DNA of 63,404 nucleotides, the filler included, from Neolecta irregularis DAH-3 (taxonomy: Eukaryota): NCBI GenBank assembly GCA_001929475.1. It is 11 parts of 11 records of this genome, joined end to end, with 100 filler letters (N's around TTAATTAATTAA, not from the genome) between each part and the next. Parts side by side here need not be neighbours in the genome. Positions count along the whole stretch, not along the records: positions 50,622 to 54,851 come from LXFE01001097.1; positions 54,952 to 60,392 come from LXFE01001098.1; positions 60,493 to 63,404 come from LXFE01001100.1; 8 more parts are not named here. The stretch is one strand, 5' to 3'. Both the position numbers and the translations under genes were made by a program. This document shows, piece after piece, positions 53,432 to 63,404 of the stretch; the first letter of the stretch is position 1; each line of letters opens with the position of its first letter. Below the pieces are notes generated by a model. The model saw only the letters and a program-made list of their open reading frames with translations, searched no databases and was not told the origin of the DNA.

Positions 53432-54851
53432 TTAGAGAATAAGGCCAGCAAGCAAACCAACACCTACAAGATATGACATTTTGTTCCTAACCGAACCGGC
53501 AGTGAAACTAGGAATGGGACGCCTTAAGCTAGTAGGTGAAGTACGCTGTCCCATTGATGCAAGGCCAGTAGGGTGAGCAGTAGTCTTGAGTTGTCCAACT
53601 GATTCTAGATAGACATCCTGCAAGAAGGGATTCAAAGGTTTCTGGGTGACTACAGTCTCGGCATTGCCAGATTCAGGGAAGACTTGAACTTTGACTTCGC
53701 TAGAAGGTTCAGAGGCCGCTAGGACTTGTCCCTGGAAAGCAGATGCTTCGATCTTAGCATAGGCATCAGCATGAGCGTTTGCGCGAGCTTCATGAGAGTA
53801 TAGCCTGACTTGCATGCTTGAGAGAAATGGTTTTCCTTCGACAGCATTGAGCTCTACTATGGTCCCAACTGATGATTTTGTCTTAACTTGTGGTCCCATA
53901 ACAATTGGAGGCTTGTTGAATTGCCCAGTGGGGCTTTCGGTCCGTTGGGAGAACCTGTTTGAGGATAAATTGGTTTGACGAGATTTCCGAGTTTTTTCAG
54001 TCCGATGGGAGAAAGAGCGTGAGTGAATATTCGTTTGATGAAATTTGCGAGTTGCAGTCTGTTGGAAGAGAGGATAGGAGGGAAAATTCGTCTGCTGAAA
54101 TTTATGAGTTTCGGTCCGTTGGGAGAGAACATTTTTCTGATGAGACTTGCGAGTTTCGATATGTTGGGAGAGAAAATCTGTCTGATGAGATTTGCGAGTC
54201 TCGGTATGTGGGGAAAGAAAATTTGTCTGGTGAGATTTGTGAGCTTCGGTCCGTTGGGAGAGAAGATTTGTCTGATAGGATTTGTGAGTTTCGGTATGTT
54301 GGGAGACAAACTTTGCGTGACGAGATTTGTGAGCTTCGGTCCGTTGGGAGAGAAAATTTGTCTGATGAGATTTGTGAGTTTCGGTCTGTTGGGAGAGAAA
54401 ATATGTCTGATGAGATTTGCGAGTCTCAGTGTGTGGGGAAAGAAAATTTGTCTGATGAGATTTATGAGCTTCGGTCCGTTGGGAGAGAAGATTTGTCTGA
54501 TAGGATTTGCGGGTTTCGGTATGTTGCGAGGGAAAATTTGTCTGATGAGATTTGTGAGTTTCGGTCCGTTGGGAGAGATAATTTGTCCGATGAGATTTGT
54601 GAGTTTCGGGCCGTTGGGAGAGTGTGTGAGAGGGAAAAGTCATTTGACTAGATTTCAGAGTAATCGTAGTGACAGGCATGTCATCTTGGGAATTGTGATG
54701 TAGAGGTGTAGTATTGTGTTGAGAGAACTGAGTGACAGAAGGTGGGTCGAGGTCAACTTCCTCATCAGGTCTATAGAGATCATCAGATTCTGCGTCCTCA
54801 TCAGGTCTATAAAGATCATCAAATTCTGCGTCCTCATCAGATCTATAGAGA
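53432..54851 (-). CDS. Tandem-repeat cell-surface protein with probable GPI signal (5' partial)
   Basis: Frame is open from the gap: 12-aa repeats LYRPDEDAE.DD, then ~13-14 15-aa repeats SQRTETHKSHQTNFL, and a hydrophobic C-terminus MSYLVGVGLLAGLIL. Confidence 0.7.
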
Positions 54852-54951
54852 NNNNNNNNNNNNNNNNNNNNNNNNNNNNNNNNNNNNNNNNNNNNTTAAT
54901 TAATTAANNNNNNNNNNNNNNNNNNNNNNNNNNNNNNNNNNNNNNNNNNNN

Positions 54952-55017
54952 GTATATACAGATCGAGGTATATACAGATCGAGGTATATACAGATCGAGG
55001 TATATACAGATCGAGGT
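54952..55017. repeat. 16-bp tandem repeat gtatatacagatcgag, four copies
   Basis: Directly visible; adjacent to a gap and the SWC4 stop codon. Confidence 0.9.
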
Positions 55018-55024
55018 TATTGAA

Positions 55025-56482
55025 TTACCGATTTTTCGGTCTCTTTGAACTCTTTGATTCAGCTTCTGCTGGTCTCTTGAGTGCACTCTGTCCACCGTTC
55101 GTCAAAACTGCCTTTTGCACCCGGATATCATGTTGCAGCTTATCCACTTGTCTCTTCAAATCGAGCATCGTGACTACTGCTTGCTGCAGATTATCGTACA
55201 ATTGGCAGTTTCTCTGGGTCGGCATCGACAGTCGCTGTGAAAAGCCCAGCTCAGTCATACACGCGTTGACTCTTTGCTGGATCGTCTGCCGTAGTGTGGA
55301 GATCTTTTGCGACCGGATGAATACTCCCTGAACAAGTTTCTCGTGATAAGACACCCCGTATCTGTATCCTTGAATTAGCCTGCAGTGTATAATGACATAC
55401 TCTCCGTTTCGCCCAGTTCTCGAACTAGTCTCGTCTGCTGAACAGCAGCCCCCTTATCCGCCAGAATCACAGCCGGCGCCTCGCAGCCTTTACGTTTCCG
55501 ATTTTTCTCCGATGCCGCAAGACTCGCGACTAGAGCACCGATCCCGGCACTCGAAGAAAGGTCTGAACTTGTTCGAGTCGGTTGAGGGGTTTCAAGAAGC
55601 TGGATAATCTCTGCTCGTTCCGCAAGCATCTTTTTCTCCGCAGTTTCCATTCGCTTCATCTCGATATACAGCTGTTCTTCTTCCTGGATTTGCTCCCGCG
55701 TGCGTTGGGACAGTGTAATTAAATACTCTTTCCGAGCTATTTCCTTGCGCTTGTCGAAATTCATCTGCTGCAGCTGGGCCGTCAATTCGGGCGTAGACAC
55801 ACTGGCTCGACTCGAGAGAATCTTGCGGGTTACAGTGTAGTAGCGGTCTTTGAGGTCTTCCATTGACCGTGGCGAGATTTCATAGGCATCAGCAATTACA
55901 ATCCAGCGCAGGTCAAACGAGCTGCAGAGACTGAAGAGATAGTCCGTTTCGTGTTTCGTCCAGCCGGGGTCTAAGGTGGTTACTACACCGTATCTAATTT
56001 CATACCTTGCAAGAGGTTCTCATACTCTTCCTGGGTGTATTCGATGACGGTGACTGCATGTCGTTTCTGTTCCTGAACCGGTGCTATGGCGTCATTCTTC
56101 TATTCCATTCCTTGCGTACCATCCTCTGCCGTAGTCTTCTTGACCCAGTGGAATAGCCCCAGATTATCCGCCCGCGAGAAACTTGCCAGTTTGCAGAGTT
56201 CCCTGTAGATCAGCGACACTTCTCGGCTGGGCCACACCAGGGCGTCACCCTGTGGTTTAGTCGTGGCTTCTCCTTGAACTTGTTCTGGATGATTGCGACA
56301 GGCGGCGTGTTTTCACCCAGCAGATTATACAATTCTCGCGACATGCCATCTGCCCGTCAACACTCTCCAAACAGGCTCGCACCTGGCTTTTTCTCGGCAG
56401 GGAGCTTGAGTCTCCGCGGTGCGGGTGCTGCTGCCGCGTCCTTGGGCAGACTGAGCATATCGCGGATATCGGCACTGGTCAT
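55025..56482 (-). CDS. SWC4: SWR1/NuA4 subunit Swc4/Eaf2 (DMAP1 homolog)
   Basis: MTSADIRDML, GMSRELYNL, SANT WTKHETDYLFSLCSSFDLRWIVIAD, RSMEDLKDRYY, GVFIRS, MPT. Confidence 0.95.
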
Positions 56483-56912
56483 TATAGAGTCAAACGGCAC
56501 TGCGGAGCTTGAAGCAGCCGACCACGTCGCAGTCCATGTTCCGCGCCGAACAACGCATGGATGAGTAGAGAGCAAGCTGCCGCAAGTATTTTATTCCGGC
56601 AGGCTTTGCTTCTTTTGCTATGAATATCTATTCCTGATTTTTATCGAAGTCAGATTTTTTCTGTTCTCTCGTCATCTATACGGCTCCCACCATCCACTAA
56701 CAAAAAGTGCTTCCAACACCTGTGTTTGGCGGAGTGTGTGATCGGCATCATGTCTGCACTTGCAGCCCAACCCAGACAAGCAGGAATCGCAGAAAAACGG
56801 CGGAACGACGGCTCGCGCTACGGGCGCCCAGCAGCGGCCACGCTCTAGACACGCTGGGCAGCGAGAAAAAAAAGCGCTGATCGCTGGTCGCCTGCACCGC
56901 AGTGTTCCAGGG

Positions 56913-56943
56913 CCACGTCAGCACTGACGAACGCCCTATAAAG
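56913..56943 (+). promoter_or_regulatory. UPRE/CRE-like CCACGTCA and TATAAA box upstream of HAC1
   Basis: CCACGTCA (TGACGTGG on the other strand, an XBP1/Hac1-type site) at 56913-56920; TATAAA at ~56937; ATG at 57077. Confidence 0.5.
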
Positions 56944-57076
56944 ACCCCGGCGCCCGCTCCTCGTTTCCTCCAACCACCATCGCCGTGCTGGGTCCGCCGC
57001 TGCTATCCCACATACACTACGCATACACCACACATATATACCGCAAATACCCCCCGTAGCCCCTTTATTTTCACCC

Positions 57077-58182
57077 ATGGCGGCTCCAAGAAGGCCATCG
57101 CAGTCCTCTGTCGCATACAGCGACCATCTAGGCCCCTCTCTCTGGGCCTCTCCGCCTCCTTCTGTGCGCAGCCCCGCCTGTCGCCCTTGTAATCGTGCAC
57201 AGGTAAAGGCTGAGTCGCCCCGCCAGGATCAGTCTGCCGCCTTCTTGGTCTCGCCGCAGGATTTAGACACCAGCGCGGGTTCGCACCTCCACAACGCCCC
57301 CAGAAAACCTCGCAAAAAGGCCCGTACAGCAGAGGAAAAGGCACAGCGGCAACAGGAACGGTGCGTCTTTTCCCAAAACTCGTCTGACTAGACAGTATTC
57401 TGCGTAATAGGCTCGCTGCCCAGACCTCGCGCGAGAGAAAACGGAAATACATCGAGGATCTTGAAGGCATGCGTGATTCACTCCGCTCAGAAAACTCGCA
57501 GCTCGTCAAGCGAGTGCGGTCTCTCGAAGGCGAGAACAAAGAGCTAATGTCACGGTTGGAGAGCATGGCTGGACAGATTGAAGATCTGAAAGCAACCGTA
57601 TCATGCTACGATTCGCCGTATCAAAGGTCGACAGGTTATAGGCCTTTAACACCGCAGGCTCGTTCTCCGCCTCCTTCCCAACCACAATATCTCCCAGTCG
57701 CGTCAGTACAGCATCAACAGCCAATCCAATGGACCACCAGCCAGGCTTATATCCCAGATACAACGACCATACTCAACATGTCTCATCCTGCCGTGATGAG
57801 TGACCAGCAGAGTCTGTTGAGACCGGCTTGTATTTTGCGGATCAGCCCGGTGATCCCGATCTGGCTTCAGTATCTGACGACGATTCAATTTCTGATAATA
57901 ACGATCAAAACTCTCATGACGATAGCTATATGGACAACTTTCTCTGTTATGAACCCGAAAACATCCAGCATTCGGCTTACTTATCAAACTTGTGCGCAGA
58001 CGGCGGTTTTGAGCATCCAGGCTTCCCTTGGACGACTCCCGCGTCGCGATTTGTTTCATAGCTTGGCCGATAATTCTGGATCAAACGGGGGTAAAAGCGC
58101 TAGCCAAAGTTGGTTGAGGCTGTTGCGTGTGTTTCGGTCATGTCTTATATCATCCGACTCGGTGGGTTTTGTGGGCACTTGA
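57077..58182 (+). CDS. HAC1: bZIP unfolded-protein-response transcription factor Hac1/XBP1; unspliced form stops at 58182, IRE1-spliced form at 58061
   Basis: PRKKART.EEK.QR..ER|ILRNRLAAQTSRERKRKY...LE basic region, leucine zipper, HPA motif at the non-conventional intron. Confidence 0.93.
57791..57807 (+). other. Predicted 17-nt IRE1-type non-spliceosomal intron
   Basis: Two hairpins with 7-nt loops CUG|CCGU and CAG|CAGA. Confidence 0.85.
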
Positions 58183-58433
58183 CGAGCTTGTAGGATATAT
58201 ATCTGTTCTTTTTTTGTTATGACTTCGTTACGATCTTTGTTTTTCCGGCTTGTCTTTTTGTTGTGTTTGGTTATCGTCTTCATTCTTTGTTATAAAGTTT
58301 ACGTGGGAGATGGCTTGATGTCTATGTCTCTCGGTTGTATGTACGTCGCCAGGTGCACGGGATTAAATACATATTGTTCACGCCATCTCTGACTTTTAAC
58401 CACTGCTATTGTCCATGGTCTTTGCACTTTAGG

Positions 58434-60283
58434 ATGCCCAGAGAAGAACATAAAAGAGTCAAATGTGATGTCGGAAAAGTCTCAAAGTTGTCCTCCAATG
58501 CTGTTAAAGCATTTAAACTTGGTTCATACAAAACTGCAGCATTGCTGTTCACTCAAGTCTCACACTCTCGGTTACTCTGGCTAATATTGTAGGCAATCGC
58601 ACTCCAAACCGACCTCGATTTTCAGACCAAATTGAAGCTTTACGACCGCAGATCGGCCACCTTTGAGAAACTGGGCGATTTCTTAGCTGCATACAAAGAT
58701 GGGAAAAAGATGATTGAACTAGATCCACAGTGTGCAAAGGTATTGTCTCAGAGAACCTAATTCTTATTCCGAGGGGTATCTCAGAGCCGGCAACGTTGGT
58801 CAATTGGCGAATAAGGATACCAAGGCCTATGAAATTTATCAAATTGCTATCGCCCGTGTACCGGTTAATGATCCCCATTACAAGGTGTGATATACTAAAG
58901 TAGACTCATAATCACCATTTAGATTCTCGAGTCTCAATTGAGAGCTGTTGAAAAGCGCTTGAAAGAGACAAACCTTGTATGTCCAATATCTATACGGGCA
59001 TTGACATCAAGTTTCAATCAACGTGTGACATTACCAAGATCTTACCCTCAGAGATTGCCAATATTGTCTTTACCTACCTTTCATTCAATCAGATAATTTC
59101 CTGTCGTCGCGTCTGCAAGGCCTGGAATTCATATATCACAACTCAACCGCGGCTCTTTCGTGATCTGGATTTTGCTAGCCATGGCCGAAATATCGGTAGA
59201 CAACAAATCCAGAAATGTCTCCAATACAGCAAAAACAAATCCAAGAAATTGCTCGTCGATCTCAGACGACTGAAATCAGACAATGTACTTGACGAACTGG
59301 CAAAGTCATTACGAAGACTCACATCTCTTGCAATCTACAATATACAGGCAACACTCGCAATGACTTTTGCTCGCACAATCACAAGTATAACGTTACATGG
59401 TCCGCCAGTATTAAACATGATTTGGACAGTTTTGAACCAATTCACTGCCCTCGAATCCGCGAAATTTCTAGACTGCGATCCAAAAGTTACGCATATCTCG
59501 AATAGAGAACCGTTCGTGTATCTTCTCAAACACCTTGTTATCGTCGCAAAACAAAACACACCTTCGGCGCTCCCAGAATCTCTGCGAGCCGCAAAAGCAT
59601 ATGCATTTTTCCCGTCGTTGCAAAATCTACATATTTCTGGCTGGCGAGATGCATCAACTGGAATACCCACCGATTATCGGCCCTACGAACAATTGGAATC
59701 TTTGGTCCTGGATAAGGGCGCTATGTCAGAATTGCCGCTTTTAGGACCACGAATAACTTCGTTTTCATTCACGGATCAGTTTCTCGATCAACTCCAGCCT
59801 ACGCATGAGAATTTCCTCGTCCCGCCTTACCTCGAATGTTTGGATATATCGAATTGTAGTAGAATCAATGTTCAAACGTTCAATAAACTTACAGCGTCAT
59901 TGGAAAAGAACTTGCGGTCACTGGTCATGAATTATGTCCAGATACCTGTTTCTGTTATTCTACGAAACTGCTCCTTTCATACTCATCTCCAATATCTCAG
60001 TGTCTCGGGAAACGGAGATTTGTCTGATAACAATTTAAAGACCATAGCTGATACTTTCTCTGAGTTGGTCCAAGTCGACGTCAGCGATTGTTTTAATATC
60101 ACAGGGGTTTCTATTATCTACCTCGCCTATAATCGCAAGGCTACATTACGACGTATTGTAATGAATAATTGTGAACATGTAGGATATGATTCTGTTGAAT
60201 GGGTTCGTGGTAACGGTATTGCTGCTGAATGTAAACTTGCCAAGCCGTTGAAAGGCGGGAAGAAAGTATCTCTTGGATTCTGA
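58434..60283 (+). CDS. TPR/F-box/LRR protein (Pof3/Dia2-like)
   Basis: TPR YDRRSATFEKL..A.KDGKKMIELDP...|GYLRAG; F-box LPSEIANIVFTYL...RRVCKAWN; C-terminal LRRs. Confidence 0.85.
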
Positions 60284-60492
60284 CACGGTAAGTGGATTTT
60301 ATTAACCCTTGTAATCGAATTTATTTATTTCTAGTTTAAGGGTTGAACTTGATGATTCCAGGTGATGACCTCAATTACTCTTTGTCCCAAACNNNNNNNN
60401 NNNNNNNNNNNNNNNNNNNNNNNNNNNNNNNNNNNNTTAATTAATTAANNNNNNNNNNNNNNNNNNNNNNNNNNNNNNNNNNNNNNNNNNNN

Positions 60493-62233
60493 AATCGCCT
60501 GTCCAAGATGGTTTCCTGTGAAAGATAAATGATGGGAACGGGTGTATTGCCATACGCAGGTTTATCAACAGGTCTTTGAAGATCAAAGGATCTAGGTCCT
60601 CGAGGAGGATTATCCAAACTTACAGGTCGATCAATATCTGTAGGTGAAACAGCCATAGTCTTTCCAAATCCATGTCCTGAACAAGGACGCGAATTACGGC
60701 GGGTAGACTGATTTCCCCAGACAGACGGATCCCAAATAGCGGGATTCCAAGTAGTGTCGGCGGAAGTAGGTGCCCTGGCATGGTTGCCTTCATTTCCCCA
60801 CCAACCATCCCAAATCGAAGAATTTTGACCTTGAGGTATCTCTGCAGGTTTCAAATTTTTAGTTTCTATTTGGGGGATTGTGGTGGCAGGTGTAGCGTGA
60901 TGACCTGCATTCGCAATATCCTCCCGATCCAAAGACATCGTTCTATTCAAGCGATTAATTTGTTTATATTGCTGCATACTGAGACTCCTTCGACCTTGCC
61001 TTGGACCAGTAGGCGGGTTAAGCTTCACATCAGCTTTTGGAGTTTCTTTAGGAGGTTCCGTAATAGGCAGGGGCGCTACAGACAAGGGCTGCTGGTGTGG
61101 GGAAGGTAACTCGCGCAATATCCTCAAGTTTCCTGTGTTTTCTGCTCGATCAGATTCCGGGGATTGTGGGTGTAAAGTAGTGTTATCATCTTCATTAGCT
61201 GCTTTAGGTCTCTTTTTGAATGACGGTAATTGTGACAAACTGATTGTAGGATTTGGAAGGGACGATTTTACGGTAACACAGGGATCATGGTTATCTTGAG
61301 AGACCCTTCGTTTCTTTGCCACTGTGAAATTTCCAGGTCGTACCAACTCGACTGCAGAAAAATCCGGAGCGGGTTCTTTTTTTCTTTTACGAAAGAATCC
61401 TCTTTTGAATACATGTCGTTTGGTACGATGTTGCTGCCTGGTTGAAGGAGCAGGTGCTCTTGACTTTTGTAAGGACGATGCTGGGATTGAGATCTTTGGA
61501 GGAGAATGATGTCTTGCTGGTGGAACGAGTGGTTTAACTTTCATTGGACCAATAGCTCGATGGTGTTCCTACAGTTATTTTTAGCGCCAAAGGAAAAAGC
61601 AAACAGATGTGCTTTACCGCTCGCAGTTTTGAAAATGCTTTACTAGGTCTAGAAACTGATCGTGGTTCTGGACTTGTTAGACTAATTAGTTGTGATTTCT
61701 TGGCTTCCGAAGTTGTTAGAACATCCATTGGTTCACAATCACTATGACTGCCATCCTGTTCATCCGCCTTGTTTTGGTAATATTCTTCTTGACCCCTGTC
61801 AAATGTTTCAATATCAAAAGAAGGACTGGACCCGCGTTGGACGCGTTCTAAATGGCTCCTGTAATCATTCAGGAAATGATATGCTGTGGCGAGATTTTCT
61901 TCTGGTTCCCATGATGATTCGTAAAATGGATATCCATCCCATCGAACCAAGTAGTGGATTTTCCCATTTTTGTATCTGTGTGCTAGGATGCTTTCTGTAC
62001 TATTAGCTCGAAAAAATCCTTCAGTTTTAAAACTTGCCGACGTAGTATTCATTGTCATCTCCATGATGATGACTTACACCTTGGTCCTCTAAAGATGACT
62101 CGTCAATGTGGATATCGTGCCCTCTTTCTTCAGTCGACTGAGCGATTGGAGAGGTAGAGATTTCGTGCTGTTCGATTTGAATCGGAGATACCTTGCTCGA
62201 TTCGATATTCTGTGGACTAGACGATCTACTCAT
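60493..62233 (-). CDS. Chromodomain protein (3' partial, runs into gap)
   Basis: EYYV|ESILAHRYKNGKIHYLVRWDGYPFYESSWEPEENL joined by a GC-AG intron (61995-62037), followed by a long disordered region. Confidence 0.85.
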
Positions 62234-62878
62234 TGCCTTACTTGTAATCCTTGATGATTTGAAAAGTAGTGCGAGTAGGCTTTTTTATGTGGTGGAGAAT
62301 CAAAATCGCGTTGCAGTTACAGTTGGCGCATGTCCTACAAGCATGTCTTACTAGTTTGAGTTTGGCCAAACGCGTATTGTATTTTCTCTCTAGTCATGAT
62401 AGCCAAACTTCATTCTACGTGCCCTTATTATTTCCTCACTACGATAATTTCCCCGGGGCCTGTACCCTCGGTCATTCGAGCATGGGGCCGCTTAATAGAA
62501 ACAATTGCATCCCCCCTTGTGCTTTCTCTCACGGCCTAAAGGACAACAATCTTTTGCCTTGTGCGGGTGTTGTATCTATTTTTTCTTCTTTAAAGGATGA
62601 TTCTGTGTAATGGATGAGCTGTCTGCTGAACGATGGAAGGGGCTATATTAAAGGAATAGACTGGAGAGGAAACGGTTGGGAGGGCTTCAGCGAGGGTTGG
62701 GCTGAATTGTGTTTGGTTTCTGGGCAGGAGGCTTTCCAGTCGGGAGGGAAGCAGAGTAGCTAGCCTCCTCCGACGACCGTGTGGGGAAGACGGTGCTGTT
62801 CTGGGAGGGGGTGTCGCGGAAATGGGGCAGTTTCTATGCAATCCATAACAATAATGGGTGACGGCGGTGGGGGTGAGG

Positions 62879-63404
62879 ATGCGTTACCAGAGGGGAGGGC
62901 GCCGCGGACTGGCCTCGATGCAAGCACTCACTCGCGCACCCCCGCCCATGTTCCGCAGAGCAGTTGCCCGTCCTCTTGCGCACCCTGCCCGAGAGGGCAG
63001 CCGCAGTGCCAGTGCTGTGCACAAGAGTGGTATGGCGCTGTCGTTTCGCTGCTACTACCCAGCTGCTCCTGGTGCTGTTAGTATGGGTTCTGCTGGTGCT
63101 GGTATTGGTGCTGGTGCTGCTGCTGGTGCTGGTACTGCTGGTGCTGGTACTACTGCTGGTACTACTGCTGGTACTGCTGGTACTGCTGGTACAGCAACTG
63201 TTGCTGCTGCTACGATCGCTCCTGCTGCTGCTACGATCGCTCCTGCTGCTGCTATCGCTCCTGCGACCCCTCCGACTCCCACTCCTATGCCCACTCGGAC
63301 CCCCACCCCTACCACCACCACCCCTACCACAACCACCACCGCCGCAGTCTACTTTGACGAACACGACTTCGACGACGACTTCGACTTTGACCTCGCGCTC
63401 GCCG
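62879..63404 (+). CDS. Possible low-complexity protein N-terminus, open to the window end
   Basis: Frame open from ATG 62879/62918 through A/G/T/P-rich repeats to FDEHDFDDDFDFDLALA; no recognisable domain. Confidence 0.35.
   Translation, partial: MRYQRGGRRGLASMQALTRAPPPMFRRAVARPLAHPAREGSRSASAVHKSGMALSFRCYYPAAPGAVSMGSAGAGIGAGAAAGAGTAGAGTTAGTTAGTAGTAGTATVAAATIAPAAATIAPAAAIAPATPPTPTPMPTRTPTPTTTTPTTTTTAAVYFDEHDFDDDFDFDLALA

Noticed and set aside
53959-54703. Plus-strand ORFs with LRR-looking repeats (NLSDEICEFRSVGRE)
   Set aside because: Antisense shadows of the 45-bp repeat; only the minus frame continues into non-repetitive sequence with a GPI-like tail.
62834-63364. Minus-strand Ser-rich and Val/Ala-rich ORFs
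   Set aside because: Trinucleotide low complexity keeps several frames open; nothing supports them as genes.

Overview
Eukaryotic, not prokaryotic: a compact, intron-rich ascomycete region assembled from contigs joined by 100-bp N linkers containing TTAATTAATTAA. Gene content and intron style suggest an early-diverging (Taphrinomycotina-like) fungus, possibly Neolecta; this is inference, not a database result. It holds about 30 protein genes (DSC3, NKP2/Cnl2, EAF3, PEX14/17, PEF1, ChaC, Rdx, PP1, TFC4, VTS1, PCNA, PMM, CDC25, GRASP, TLS1, MTG2, WC-1-like photoreceptor, lipase, SER1, YSH1, GCD1, UBC, JmjC, KTR, ADIP, CTR, SWC4, HAC1, TPR/F-box, chromodomain protein), one intron-containing tRNA-Pro(AGG), a TUP1 relic and several repeat families. 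Highlights: (1) a HAC1 gene with a predicted IRE1-type twin-hairpin intron of only 17 nt; (2) unusual spliceosomal behaviour, with ~35-43-nt introns, many GC donors, GAG/AAG acceptors, one GG-AG and one GT-CG intron needed to restore conserved motifs, and 3' splice sites mostly 7-9 nt after the branch point; (3) tandem copies of a 3' splice site forming AG|GT junctions; (4) a WC-1 homolog with no zinc finger; (5) an MTG2 gene with no nearby AUG. CDS coordinates are whole-gene spans including introns and were derived by eye.
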